DNA of 64,000 nucleotides from Acidimicrobiales bacterium (GTDB lineage: Bacteria > Actinomycetota > Acidimicrobiia > Acidimicrobiales > GCA-2861595): contig DATAIT010000055.1 of NCBI GenBank assembly GCA_036262515.1, positions 1,532-65,531 of the forward strand. The letters run 5' to 3'. Each line of letters begins with the position of its first letter. Position 1 is the stretch's first letter. Positions 48,368 to 56,250 of this stretch are shown here, piece by piece. The position numbers and the translations under genes were made by a program. The notes below the pieces were generated by a model. The model was not told where the DNA came from. It searched no databases and saw only the letters and a list, made by a program, of their open reading frames with translations.

Positions 48368-49270
48368 ATGGGTTCGGCCAACTTCGATCTGGGTGTCGCC
48401 GGCTCCCGGAGGGTCGACCGCGTGACCGGCGTCGTGGAACAGGCGGCGTTCGTCCCTCAGGACGACGGCACGCAGCTGTTCGTCATGGTGCATGAGCCGC
48501 CCGCCGAGCCTCGCGGCGGGGTTCTCATGTTCTCGTCGATCCTGGCCGACTTCATGTCGAACTACCAACGCGAGGTCCATCTCGCGCGCAGCCTCGCGGC
48601 GGCCGGCTTGGTGGTGATGAGGTTCCACTATCGCGGCACCGGGAACAGCGACGGCGACGCGGCGGACGTCACGCTCGGGTCGCTGCAGGACGATGGTCGT
48701 TGGTCGGTCGACTTCATGGGCAGCCGGCTCGGCAACCTGCCCCTCGGACTTCTCGGGACCCGCTGGGGTTCGCTGGCGGCGGCCGCCGCCGCCCGTGACC
48801 TCCCCACCGGGCCGGTGGTGCTCTGCGAACCGGTCGTCGATGCGTCGCGGTACTTCGTGGAGGCGTGGCGCAGCCGGGCCATGAGTGCCGTCGCCCTCGG
48901 CAGGACGGCCGGCACGGGCGAGCGTCTGGCCGACGTCATCGTTCGCCAGGGCTACGCGGACGTGGTGGGGAACGTCATCCACCGCGCGCTCTTCGACAGC
49001 GCAGCGGGCGGCGGCACGCTCGACGAGTACGACCTGGCCCGGCGCCCGGTCCTCGTCGTGCAGTTCGGTGGGAACGAGTTGCGGCCGGCGAACCGGACGC
49101 TTCGTGACCATCTCGACGGCAACGGCGCGGCGGTCGAGACGTCGACGGTCGACCTCCAGGAGAGCTGGTGGTTCCGCTCCGGCCCGCGAATCGTCCTCCA
49201 CCCCGAGCTCAACCGCCTGATCGCGGGCTGGTTCGTCTCGCAGGTGACGACCACCGAGGTCGGCCGATGA
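48368..49270 (+). CDS. Alpha/beta-hydrolase-fold protein with Arg at the nucleophile-elbow position
   Basis: ORF 48338-49270; the ATG at 48368 is preceded by GGGGGAGAG. The elbow-like motif 'LLGTRWGSLAAAAAA' reads G-x-R-x-G instead of G-x-S-x-G. Confidence 0.55.
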   Translation: MGSANFDLGVAGSRRVDRVTGVVEQAAFVPQDDGTQLFVMVHEPPAEPRGGVLMFSSILADFMSNYQREVHLARSLAAAGLVVMRFHYRGTGNSDGDAADVTLGSLQDDGRWSVDFMGSRLGNLPLGLLGTRWGSLAAAAAARDLPTGPVVLCEPVVDASRYFVEAWRSRAMSAVALGRTAGTGERLADVIVRQGYADVVGNVIHRALFDSAAGGGTLDEYDLARRPVLVVQFGGNELRPANRTLRDHLDGNGAAVETSTVDLQESWWFRSGPRIVLHPELNRLIAGWFVSQVTTTEVGR

Positions 49271-50175
49271 GTGTGACCTCGCGTCAGGAGTCGCCGGTCA
49301 TCTTCGAGGCGGCGGGAGAAGACCTGTTCGGAATCTTCACCCGACCCTTGGTCTCCAATGGCACGGCGGTCCTCGCATTGTGGGGCGCCGGCGGCTTTCC
49401 CACGTTCGGGAAGAACCAGGTGCGGATCCGACTCGCCCGCCAGCTCGCCGAAAACGGGTTCCACGTGCTCCGCGCTGATTACCGCGGCGTCGGGGAGAGC
49501 GGAGGGGAGTCCCGGGACGTCGACCTGTCGAAGCCCTGGATCGACGACGCCCTCGGCGCCGTCCGCTGGCTGGAGTCGCAGGGCTTCGAGCGGATCGCCA
49601 TCGTCGGGAACTGCTTCGGGTCGCGGACCGGACTGGCCGCCGCGTCCAGCATCCCCGGACTGGTGGGGCTCGCGTTGGTGGCTGCTCCGGTCAGCGAGGC
49701 CGATCACCGCGAGGCGATCCTCGGGCACTCCTTGTCGTGGTACCTGAAGCGGGCTCGCTCGATGCGAACCTTGCGGCTCCTGGTCTCGGGTGGCCTCGCC
49801 AAGCGGGTCCGCAGCGTGCTGAAGGCGAAGGTGCGCCGATCCGTACGGCCATCGAAGGCAGCGGACGCACCCGCGTCCGGCACCGCCAGTGAGCAGTACT
49901 TGCAGCCGCTCGAGGGCGTGCTGGCGCGGCGGATTCCGGTCCTGCTCCTCTACGGGCGGGGCGACGACTTCTATCCCGAGTTCGAGCGGGCCATGGACGG
50001 TCCGCTCGGTCGCATGCTCGACGGCGCAGGCGACCTCGTGACGCTCCGGGTGGTCGACGACCGGATCGGGGGGATGGCTAGCATCGAGGCGCAGAACACC
50101 TTCCTCGAGACCGTGACCGCCTGGCTCGATCGCGTGGCGGGGTCGTCAGACCATGACGTGGCACGTGACGGGTGA
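49267..50175 (+). CDS. Alpha/beta-hydrolase-fold protein with a Cys nucleophile elbow
   Basis: Starts at the ATG at 49267 (an ATGA overlap with the upstream gene): MSVTSRQESPVIFEAAGEDLFGIF... The elbow 'IAIVGNCFGSRTG' reads G-x-C-x-G. Confidence 0.6.
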   Translation: MSVTSRQESPVIFEAAGEDLFGIFTRPLVSNGTAVLALWGAGGFPTFGKNQVRIRLARQLAENGFHVLRADYRGVGESGGESRDVDLSKPWIDDALGAVRWLESQGFERIAIVGNCFGSRTGLAAASSIPGLVGLALVAAPVSEADHREAILGHSLSWYLKRARSMRTLRLLVSGGLAKRVRSVLKAKVRRSVRPSKAADAPASGTASEQYLQPLEGVLARRIPVLLLYGRGDDFYPEFERAMDGPLGRMLDGAGDLVTLRVVDDRIGGMASIEAQNTFLETVTAWLDRVAGSSDHDVARDG

Positions 50176-50258
50176 GCATGGGGCGCAGGGCACACTGATC
50201 CGATGCAGGAACGCCGAGGTATGTCGAGCACGCCGGACGCATTGACCCTGGAGCCCCG

Positions 50259-52163
50259 TTGATCCGGTTCGCGAGGCGGACCTTCATCGTCCTCGACCGG
50301 GCGGCCAGGGTCCGGTTCATCCTGTTCGCCCTCGGCTCCGTGGTGATCGCCGCCATCGAGGGTGTGGGCGTGGCGCTGGTGGTCCCCCTGACGCAGATGC
50401 AGGTCGGCAAGCACGGGGGGAAACTTCCCACCGCAGCCCGCTTCGTCAGCCGGCTCTTCGATCTGAAGACCGAGGGCCAGGCCACCCTGGCGCTGGCGAT
50501 CCTCGTCGTGATCTCGTTCTCGGTGAAGGCCATCGGCGCCATCGAGCTGCTGTGGTGGGGCATCGGCAACTCCCTCGATCAAGAGGCCCGCATCGCCCGC
50601 CGGTTGTTCACGCGCTACCTCACCGCGCCGCGGACCTACCACCTGGCCCACAACTCGGCCGAGATCCAGCGGACGTTGAACGAGGCGCTTCTCATCGTCT
50701 TCCGCCGGTCGCTGCCTTTCGTCCTGGCGGCGGCGGCCGATGCCTTCACGCTCGTGGCGGTGGCCGCCGTGATCGTCGTCAGCGACCCGGTGATCGCTTC
50801 GGTCGCCATCGTGTACTTCGGGCTCGTCGCCGTCGTGTACCAACTGTGGATCGGCGGCCGTCAGCGAGCGGCCGCCATCGCCGCCCACGCCGAGATCGCG
50901 CTTCGCTACCAGCAGGTCCAGGAGGCGATGCGGGCCACCAAGGAGCTGGCCATCCTCCACCGGGAGGAGCACTTCATCTCCCGCTTCTACAAGACGAAGA
51001 TCGAGCTGGCGAGCAAGCAGCGGCTCCTCATCCTCTACCAGCTCCTCCCGCGCCAGTTCCTCGATCTCGCGTTCGTGCTGGGCGCCGCCCTCATGGCCGC
51101 GTTCGCGTTCGCGACCCGAACGAACGAGCAGGCGTTGGCCAGCGTGGGCCTCTTCCTCACGGCCAGCTTCCGGCTCGTGGCGCCGCTGAACCGCGTCATG
51201 GGGGCGACCACCGTCACCCGGACGGCCCAGCCGGCGATCGACCAGGTCGTGAACGACCTTGCCGAGCTCGACGCCCTGCACGGCCTGCGGGCGCACGCCG
51301 ACGTGGATCCGCTCGGACCCGTGCCGCTCGAGCTGACGGACGTGCACTTCCGCTACGGCGAGGATCTGCCCGACGTGCTCCAGCGCATCTCGATGACGAT
51401 CGCCCCTGGGGAGGACGTCGCCATCGTCGGGACCACGGGTGCGGGCAAGTCCACACTGCTCGACATCATGCTCGGCCTCCTCGACCCGCAGACGGGGGAG
51501 ATCAAGGTCGGTGGACGGCCATTGCACGAGTGTCGAACCGCATGGCAGCTCACCATCGGCTACGTCCCGCAGGACATCGTCCTCATCGACGACACGATCC
51601 GGGCGAACGTGGCCTTCGGCATCGACCGCGCCGACATCGACGACGACAAGGTGTGGGAGGCCTTGCGAATCGCCCAGATCGACACGTTCGTCGCCTCTCT
51701 CTCCGGGGGTATCGACAACGTGGTCGGCGAGCAGGGCGTCCGGCTGTCGGGCGGGCAGCGCCAGCGGCTCGGCCTGGCGCGGGCCATGTACGACGGCCCG
51801 GCGGTGCTCGTGCTCGACGAGGCGACGTCGTCGCTGGACTCCAGCACCGAGGCTCGGATCATCGAGACGATCGCATCGCTGCGAGGCCGCCTCACCATTA
51901 TCACGGTGTCACATCGCCTCAGCACGCTGAAGCACTGCGACCGCATCTACTACCTCCGCGACGGCTCGGTCGTCGCCGTGGGCACGTTGGACGAGTTGCG
52001 GGCCTGCGACCGGGAGTTCGCCGAGCTCGTGACGTTCGCCGAGCTCGGCACCAGTCGGCCGTCCCGCGACGTGGCTGCCGGCGTCAACGGCGAAGGGGAC
52101 CCGGCCGATGTCTCGTCGGAGCGGCCCGGGTGGAAGCGCGGCATCCCGCGCCGGCGACCCTGA
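50259..52163 (+). CDS. Fused permease/ATPase ABC exporter (MsbA/type I exporter-like)
   Basis: 634 aa with six N-terminal TM helices. Walker A is 'GTTGAGKSTLLD', the signature is 'LSGGQRQRLGLARA' and Walker B is 'VLVLDEATS'. The start is a TTG. Confidence 0.9.
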   Translation: MIRFARRTFIVLDRAARVRFILFALGSVVIAAIEGVGVALVVPLTQMQVGKHGGKLPTAARFVSRLFDLKTEGQATLALAILVVISFSVKAIGAIELLWWGIGNSLDQEARIARRLFTRYLTAPRTYHLAHNSAEIQRTLNEALLIVFRRSLPFVLAAAADAFTLVAVAAVIVVSDPVIASVAIVYFGLVAVVYQLWIGGRQRAAAIAAHAEIALRYQQVQEAMRATKELAILHREEHFISRFYKTKIELASKQRLLILYQLLPRQFLDLAFVLGAALMAAFAFATRTNEQALASVGLFLTASFRLVAPLNRVMGATTVTRTAQPAIDQVVNDLAELDALHGLRAHADVDPLGPVPLELTDVHFRYGEDLPDVLQRISMTIAPGEDVAIVGTTGAGKSTLLDIMLGLLDPQTGEIKVGGRPLHECRTAWQLTIGYVPQDIVLIDDTIRANVAFGIDRADIDDDKVWEALRIAQIDTFVASLSGGIDNVVGEQGVRLSGGQRQRLGLARAMYDGPAVLVLDEATSSLDSSTEARIIETIASLRGRLTIITVSHRLSTLKHCDRIYYLRDGSVVAVGTLDELRACDREFAELVTFAELGTSRPSRDVAAGVNGEGDPADVSSERPGWKRGIPRRRP

Positions 52164-52385
52164 CCGGCTCGAACGTCGCAGAAAAGACGCCGGGACGGTG
52201 CCCGGGTGCGAACCGGCGCCGACTGCCGGAGGAGCAGCCTCAGCCGGGCCGCTACCGGGGCCGCGAGCCGGTGCGTGCAGCGGGCGGGACGAGCTCAGCC
52301 GGACGCGGAAACTCGCCGGTCGACGACGCCGACCGGCTCACCGTGACGGCGCGGGCCGTCAGGGAAGAGTTCCGCCTGAGACATC

Positions 52386-52413
52386 GATGAGGGCCCCAGC
52401 CGGGGCTCTCATC
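52386..52413 (-). terminator. GC-rich hairpin 10 nt downstream of the precursor-peptide stop
   Basis: gatgagggcccc-agcc-ggggctctcatc. This is 11 of 12 stem pairs with a tetraloop. Such a hairpin could act as an attenuator or stabiliser after a RiPP precursor gene. Confidence 0.5.
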
Positions 52414-52422
52414 AAGACCGAT

Positions 52423-52593
52423 TTAGTGTTTGTGTCCGCCGCAGCTGCCCGGGCCAGACACGCAGGAGAAGTTCGACAGGAACGCCGACGAGTCGTGCAC
52501 GGTGCCCGTCTTGCCTGGAGGTGCCGGCATCCTCGTCAGTTCAGAGACCAGCCCCAGCACTCGCATGTCCGGAGCCTCATACCTGGAGTCCAT
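52423..52593 (-). CDS. Candidate lasso-type RiPP precursor peptide (56 aa; below the ORF-track size cutoff)
   Basis: My own codon-by-codon translation gives MDSRYEAPDMRVLGLVSELTRMPAPPGKTGTVHDSSAFLSNFSCVSGPGSCGGHKH. The leader motif Y-x-x-P-x-(L/M)-x3-G-x5-T-x has exactly the lasso-leader spacing. GGGGGGA lies 3 nt upstream of the ATG, a promoter-like element is upstream, a hairpin is downstream, and the maturation genes are adjacent. Confidence 0.7.
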   Translation of the reverse strand: MDSRYEAPDMRVLGLVSELTRMPAPPGKTGTVHDSSAFLSNFSCVSGPGSCGGHKH

Positions 52594-52649
52594 CGTCCCC
52601 CCCTGTGGGTCCTTCAGCCGCTCCGGTCATGGTTGACCGGTTGCGGGTA

Positions 52650-52678
52650 ATGATAGAGCCCGGTTCCTCCCATGTCCA
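52650..52678 (-). promoter_or_regulatory. Sigma70/SigA-like promoter for the precursor gene
   Basis: On the minus strand, -35 TGGACA (52673-52678) is separated by a 17-nt spacer from -10 TATCAT (52650-52655). The -35 hexamer overlaps the ATG (52672-52674) of the divergent kinase-like gene. Confidence 0.45.
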
Positions 52679-53535
52679 CCTTTCCCTTGCCCTCCTCGTC
52701 CGATGCCGTGGGCGGGCAGTGCCCGGGGGCCTACGGCCTGGGCTTCTCGGGGCTCGCCGACCCTTCCTTCCTCGCCACCGCCGCCCCCCACTGGCCGGTC
52801 GTCGAAGTCGTGCGCCGGCGAGGGCGCGTGACCGACGCCCGCACGACGCTCGACGGACGTGGAGCGCAGTTCGAGCTCACGGAGGGGGGCAGCCTCGTCA
52901 TCGAGCGGGCGGCGCGGCGGTCGGTGTTCACCACACCCGACGAGCTGTCCGACCCGGAGCTGGTCCACCCCCACCTGGCGCCTGTCGGAGCCGCCTTCGC
53001 CTGGTGGGCCCAGCATGAGGCGTTCCATGCTGGCGCCGTCGCCGTCGACGGAGGGGCGTGGGCGATCCTCGGCGACCGGAGCGCAGGCAAGAGCTCGACG
53101 CTCGCGCAGCTCGCCCTGGCCGGGCACGACGTCATCTGCGACGACATGCTCGTCATCGATCACGGCCGCGCCCTGGCCGGCCCCCGCTGCGTCGACCTCC
53201 GTCTGGCGACGGCCGAGGGCTTGGGGATCGGCAAGCCGATGGTGATCCGCGGCGGGCGGGAGCGGTGGCGGGTGGCGCTCGGCCCGGTACCGGCGGAGCT
53301 TCCATTTCGCGGGTGGATCTTCCTCGCCTGGGGCGACGACCTCAGCGCCGACCGCCTCCCGGGCGGCGAGCGCCTGGCCCTGCTGGCGGGCCATCGAAGC
53401 GTCATGATCGAGCCGACCGACCCGTCCACGCTGCTCGAGCTGGCGTCCCTTCCGGCGTGGTGCCTGACGCGCCCGAAGCAGCTCTCGTCGCTACCGGTTG
53501 CCGTCGACCGGCTGCTCGACCTCACGATGTCGTGA
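52672..53535 (+). CDS. HPr-kinase-like P-loop protein (HprK-related kinase)
   Basis: 287 aa. 'WAILGDRSAGKSSTLAQLALAGHDVICDDMLVI' matches the HprK C-terminal-domain P-loop plus the following Asp pattern. It is convergent with, and overlaps by 45 nt, the Asn-synthetase-like gene. Confidence 0.65.
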   Translation: MSTFPLPSSSDAVGGQCPGAYGLGFSGLADPSFLATAAPHWPVVEVVRRRGRVTDARTTLDGRGAQFELTEGGSLVIERAARRSVFTTPDELSDPELVHPHLAPVGAAFAWWAQHEAFHAGAVAVDGGAWAILGDRSAGKSSTLAQLALAGHDVICDDMLVIDHGRALAGPRCVDLRLATAEGLGIGKPMVIRGGRERWRVALGPVPAELPFRGWIFLAWGDDLSADRLPGGERLALLAGHRSVMIEPTDPSTLLELASLPAWCLTRPKQLSSLPVAVDRLLDLTMS

Positions 53536-54693
53536 GGTCGGGGCCCCCGCGGCCGTCTCGGCGAGCCACGCCGACTGGATGAGGAGCGAGCTGCGTGCGT
53601 CGGGTTGCTCGTCGAGCCACTCGCGCCGCAGGGCGGCGTGGTCGACCAGGCCGGGATCCACGCCCCCACCGTGCCAGGACCGGGCGAACGACCGGCTGTG
53701 CTCGGTCCAGAATGCGGCGTTGAACGGCGCCTTGGTGCGGCGCCGCAGGATCGCCTCGGGCAGGGCATCGCCGAACAGCCGCTCCATCCACGCAGTGCGG
53801 TCGCCGATGCCGAAGCGCCCGCCGTCGGAGGCCATGGCGGCGAGGAAGCGGTCGTCGGCGAGCGGGTGCACGGCCAGGGCGCCTGCGTCGCGAGCGAGCA
53901 GGTCGAAGCTGTGGATGGTGAGCCGGAGTCCTCGAAGGCGCGCCCACCATCGCACCCGCCGGTCCCACCGCAGCGGCTCGGCGGATCCGGAGGCAGCCCA
54001 GGCCCGGTTGACGGCGCGCGCCGCAGGAGCCCGCAGCCACGGGAGCGGCGGTCCCTTCCCGTCCATGAGAAGGCCCACTGCCCGGATCGGCCGAGGCGAC
54101 AGGGCGAGCCCGAGGCGGACCACGTCACGGGGGATGGGACGAGCCCGCCCGGCCAAGACGGCGGCCGCCCTCGCCCAGCGCCAGGACGCGAGCAGCCCGT
54201 CCCCGTCGATCCCCGTCAGGACCGAGCCTCCCTTGCACGCGTCGAGCACCGGCACGTGGAAGTGGGAGTTGGCCGGCCAGAGAACCCCGTGTCGTCCGAG
54301 GACCTTCTGCGCGATCGGTCCGACCAGGTCGAGCTCGTCGTCGAAGTCGACCCGGGACCAGTCGTCCAGGCCGAGGTGGCGGACGACGGTCTCCTGCCAG
54401 TCCGTCTCGTCGGTCTCGGGGGCTCCCGGGAACCGGTGGGTCACGGGGATCGGGAGAGGAAGCCCTTCCTTCCTCGCCACGGAGGTGGCCACGGCCAGGA
54501 CGGCCGACGAGTCGCGCCCACCCGAGAAGCTGACGACGCACGGCGGCCGCCGGAGCGCCGAAAGGACAGCCGACTCGAAGCAGGACAGCGGCGTCGCTCC
54601 CGCGATCGCGCCGGGAACAGCGGGACCGGGGACCAGTCCAATGGGGGATCCCGAGACGAGATCGAGCGGGCTCAGGGCGTACGGGTCATCCAT
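53491..54693 (-). CDS. Asparagine-synthetase-like PP-loop ATP pyrophosphatase (lasso-cyclase homologue lacking the N-terminal domain)
   Basis: 400 aa with the PP-loop 'VVSFSGGRDSSAVL' at residues ~53-66. There is no Ntn/glutaminase-like domain, and its start overlaps the B2 stop by 8 nt. Confidence 0.75.
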   Translation of the reverse strand: MDDPYALSPLDLVSGSPIGLVPGPAVPGAIAGATPLSCFESAVLSALRRPPCVVSFSGGRDSSAVLAVATSVARKEGLPLPIPVTHRFPGAPETDETDWQETVVRHLGLDDWSRVDFDDELDLVGPIAQKVLGRHGVLWPANSHFHVPVLDACKGGSVLTGIDGDGLLASWRWARAAAVLAGRARPIPRDVVRLGLALSPRPIRAVGLLMDGKGPPLPWLRAPAARAVNRAWAASGSAEPLRWDRRVRWWARLRGLRLTIHSFDLLARDAGALAVHPLADDRFLAAMASDGGRFGIGDRTAWMERLFGDALPEAILRRRTKAPFNAAFWTEHSRSFARSWHGGGVDPGLVDHAALRREWLDEQPDARSSLLIQSAWLAETAAGAPTSRHREVEQPVDGNR

Positions 54694-55060
54694 GGCTGTA
54701 GTCGGATGGCGCTATCGACATCAGCCCGTCGAACGACTCCTCGTGGCACGAGGCGTGACCCTCGAGCCATGCGTGTGCGCTGAAGTCGGCGCTGGAGCCC
54801 CTCACGCCCACGACGACGTTGTGCAACCGGCCGTGCGCGCTGTGCCAGGCCTGCAACAGCAGGCTGCGCTCCAGGCACGTATGGCGGCGGCGCCGCAGTA
54901 CGGCGCCGACACCCCGCAGGGCGTTCTCCGGCAGGGGCGGCGGAGGCGGGACCACGATCCGGTCCACCCGCTGCGTCCGCAGCTGCTGGCGCAGGCGGGG
55001 CAGCGTGCGGTACGCCCACAGCGCAGCCCGGAGGTCGCTCCGGGTGATCCGGCGCGTCAC
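54686..55060 (-). CDS. Lasso-peptide B2-type transglutaminase-like cysteine protease
   Basis: These are the last 124 aa of ORF 54686-56713, from the GTG at 55058-55060: '...RRRRHTCLERSLLLQAWHSAHGRLHNVVVGVRGSSADFSAHAWLEG'. This shows the Cys...His signature of the PF13471 family. It forms a GTGA overlap with the PqqD stop. Confidence 0.8.
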   Translation of the reverse strand: MTRRITRSDLRAALWAYRTLPRLRQQLRTQRVDRIVVPPPPPLPENALRGVGAVLRRRRHTCLERSLLLQAWHSAHGRLHNVVVGVRGSSADFSAHAWLEGHASCHEESFDGLMSIAPSDYSHG

Positions 55061-55323
55061 GGCCCGTCGAGCAGGCCCCGCTTCCGGAGCTCCTCCAAGA
55101 AGTGGTCGACGTCGCGTGACGCCGTCTCGGGATCGATGCCGAACTCGTCCACCACACGGGCCACGAGCTCGTCCGTTCGAGCGCCTTCGGCCAACGCCTC
55201 CCACAACAGCGCGGCGGTGTGGTTCCCCGCCAGGTAGACCCGTCCCGGCACGTCGAGGACGATGACCTCGCCGTCGACCACGCGCCACGTCAGACCATCG
55301 GTTCGCAATTGCACCTGCTCCAT
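55057..55323 (-). CDS. PqqD-family RiPP recognition element (lasso B1)
   Basis: Starts at the ATG at 55321-55323: MEQVQLRTDGLTWRVVDGEVIVLDVPGRVYLAGNHTAALLWEALAEGARTDELVARVVDEFGIDPETASRDVDHFLEELRKRGLL. This is the classical PqqD pattern. Confidence 0.85.
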   Translation of the reverse strand: MEQVQLRTDGLTWRVVDGEVIVLDVPGRVYLAGNHTAALLWEALAEGARTDELVARVVDEFGIDPETASRDVDHFLEELRKRGLLDGP

Positions 55324-55395
55324 GTCCGCCCCCGCGTTTGAGCTGTGCCACAGGAGAGTACCGGACGCCCGGACCTCCGCCGACAAGGGGGAGGC

Positions 55396-56250
55396 TCAAT
55401 AGACGCCGAGGGTGCCGAGGCGTCGTTCGCGCTGCAACGCCAGGCGGAAAACCACGTGGCCCACGCACAGCGACAACACCGCCATGGGGACGAGCACGGC
55501 AATGTCGTCGACGATGCTCGCCCACCCCGCCCCGTTGAGCAGTGCATGGCGCATGGCCTGGAGGGCGATGGCGACGGGACTGTGCTGCACCACCCGAGCC
55601 GCGCCTGACGGGAGGAGCCCGATCGGAAAATAGGCGCCCGACCCGACGGTCAGCGCCGAGGCGGCGAGGCCCACGAAGCCGGACCCCCGGCGGATGGTGA
55701 GCACGGAGGCGGCGCACAAGCTCCCCAGGCCCCAGACGAAGGGGATGAGTGCGAGGAGCACGACCGTCGCCGGTAGCAGCCCGGCCAGCGAGAAGTCGAC
55801 GCCCAGGGTGACGGAGACCAGCAGCAGGAAGATCGCCGTCCGGATCGGCACGTAGAGCAGGTCGTAGATGACGAGCCCCAGTTGCAGGGTGGCGGCAGAC
55901 GTGGGCGTCACGAGGAGCGCCTCGAGCGTGCCGGTCAACTGCTCGCTGCGCATCTGGCTCGTCACCTGCACGAGCGCGACCTGGATGAAGCCCGCCACTG
56001 CGATCCCGATCGTCACGAAGCCGAGGTAGCTCGCCCGGGTCGCCCCGACGCCCTGGATGCGGGCGGGATCGACGAGACGGCTCACGAAGTAGAAGGTGAA
56101 GATCTGGAGAACGAGGCCCAAGGCGTCCTGCAGGTACGCCAGGCGGTAGCTCCAGGCGATGAGCAGGTCCCGGCGGACGAAGGCTCCCAGCTTCCGGGGC
56201 TCGGGAACGATGCCGCCGAACTGGTCGTGCGCCGACGCGGCCTCGGACAT
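55396..56250 (-). CDS. ABC-2-type transporter permease
   Basis: Starts at the ATG at 56248-56250 (MSEAASAHDQFGGIVPEPRKLGAFVRRDLLIAWSYRLAYL...). It has six hydrophobic segments and forms an ATGA overlap with the ATPase gene. Confidence 0.8.
   Translation of the reverse strand: MSEAASAHDQFGGIVPEPRKLGAFVRRDLLIAWSYRLAYLQDALGLVLQIFTFYFVSRLVDPARIQGVGATRASYLGFVTIGIAVAGFIQVALVQVTSQMRSEQLTGTLEALLVTPTSAATLQLGLVIYDLLYVPIRTAIFLLLVSVTLGVDFSLAGLLPATVVLLALIPFVWGLGSLCAASVLTIRRGSGFVGLAASALTVGSGAYFPIGLLPSGAARVVQHSPVAIALQAMRHALLNGAGWASIVDDIAVLVPMAVLSLCVGHVVFRLALQRERRLGTLGVY

Noticed and set aside
52295-52384. 29-aa ORF (MSQAELFPDGPRRHGEPVGVVDRRVSASG) just downstream of the precursor, as a possible second precursor
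   Set aside because: It lacks the Y-x-x-P leader motif, has no SD, and its ATG (52382-52384) lies immediately adjacent to, 1 nt beyond, the hairpin arm (52386-52413). It is most likely a chance ORF.
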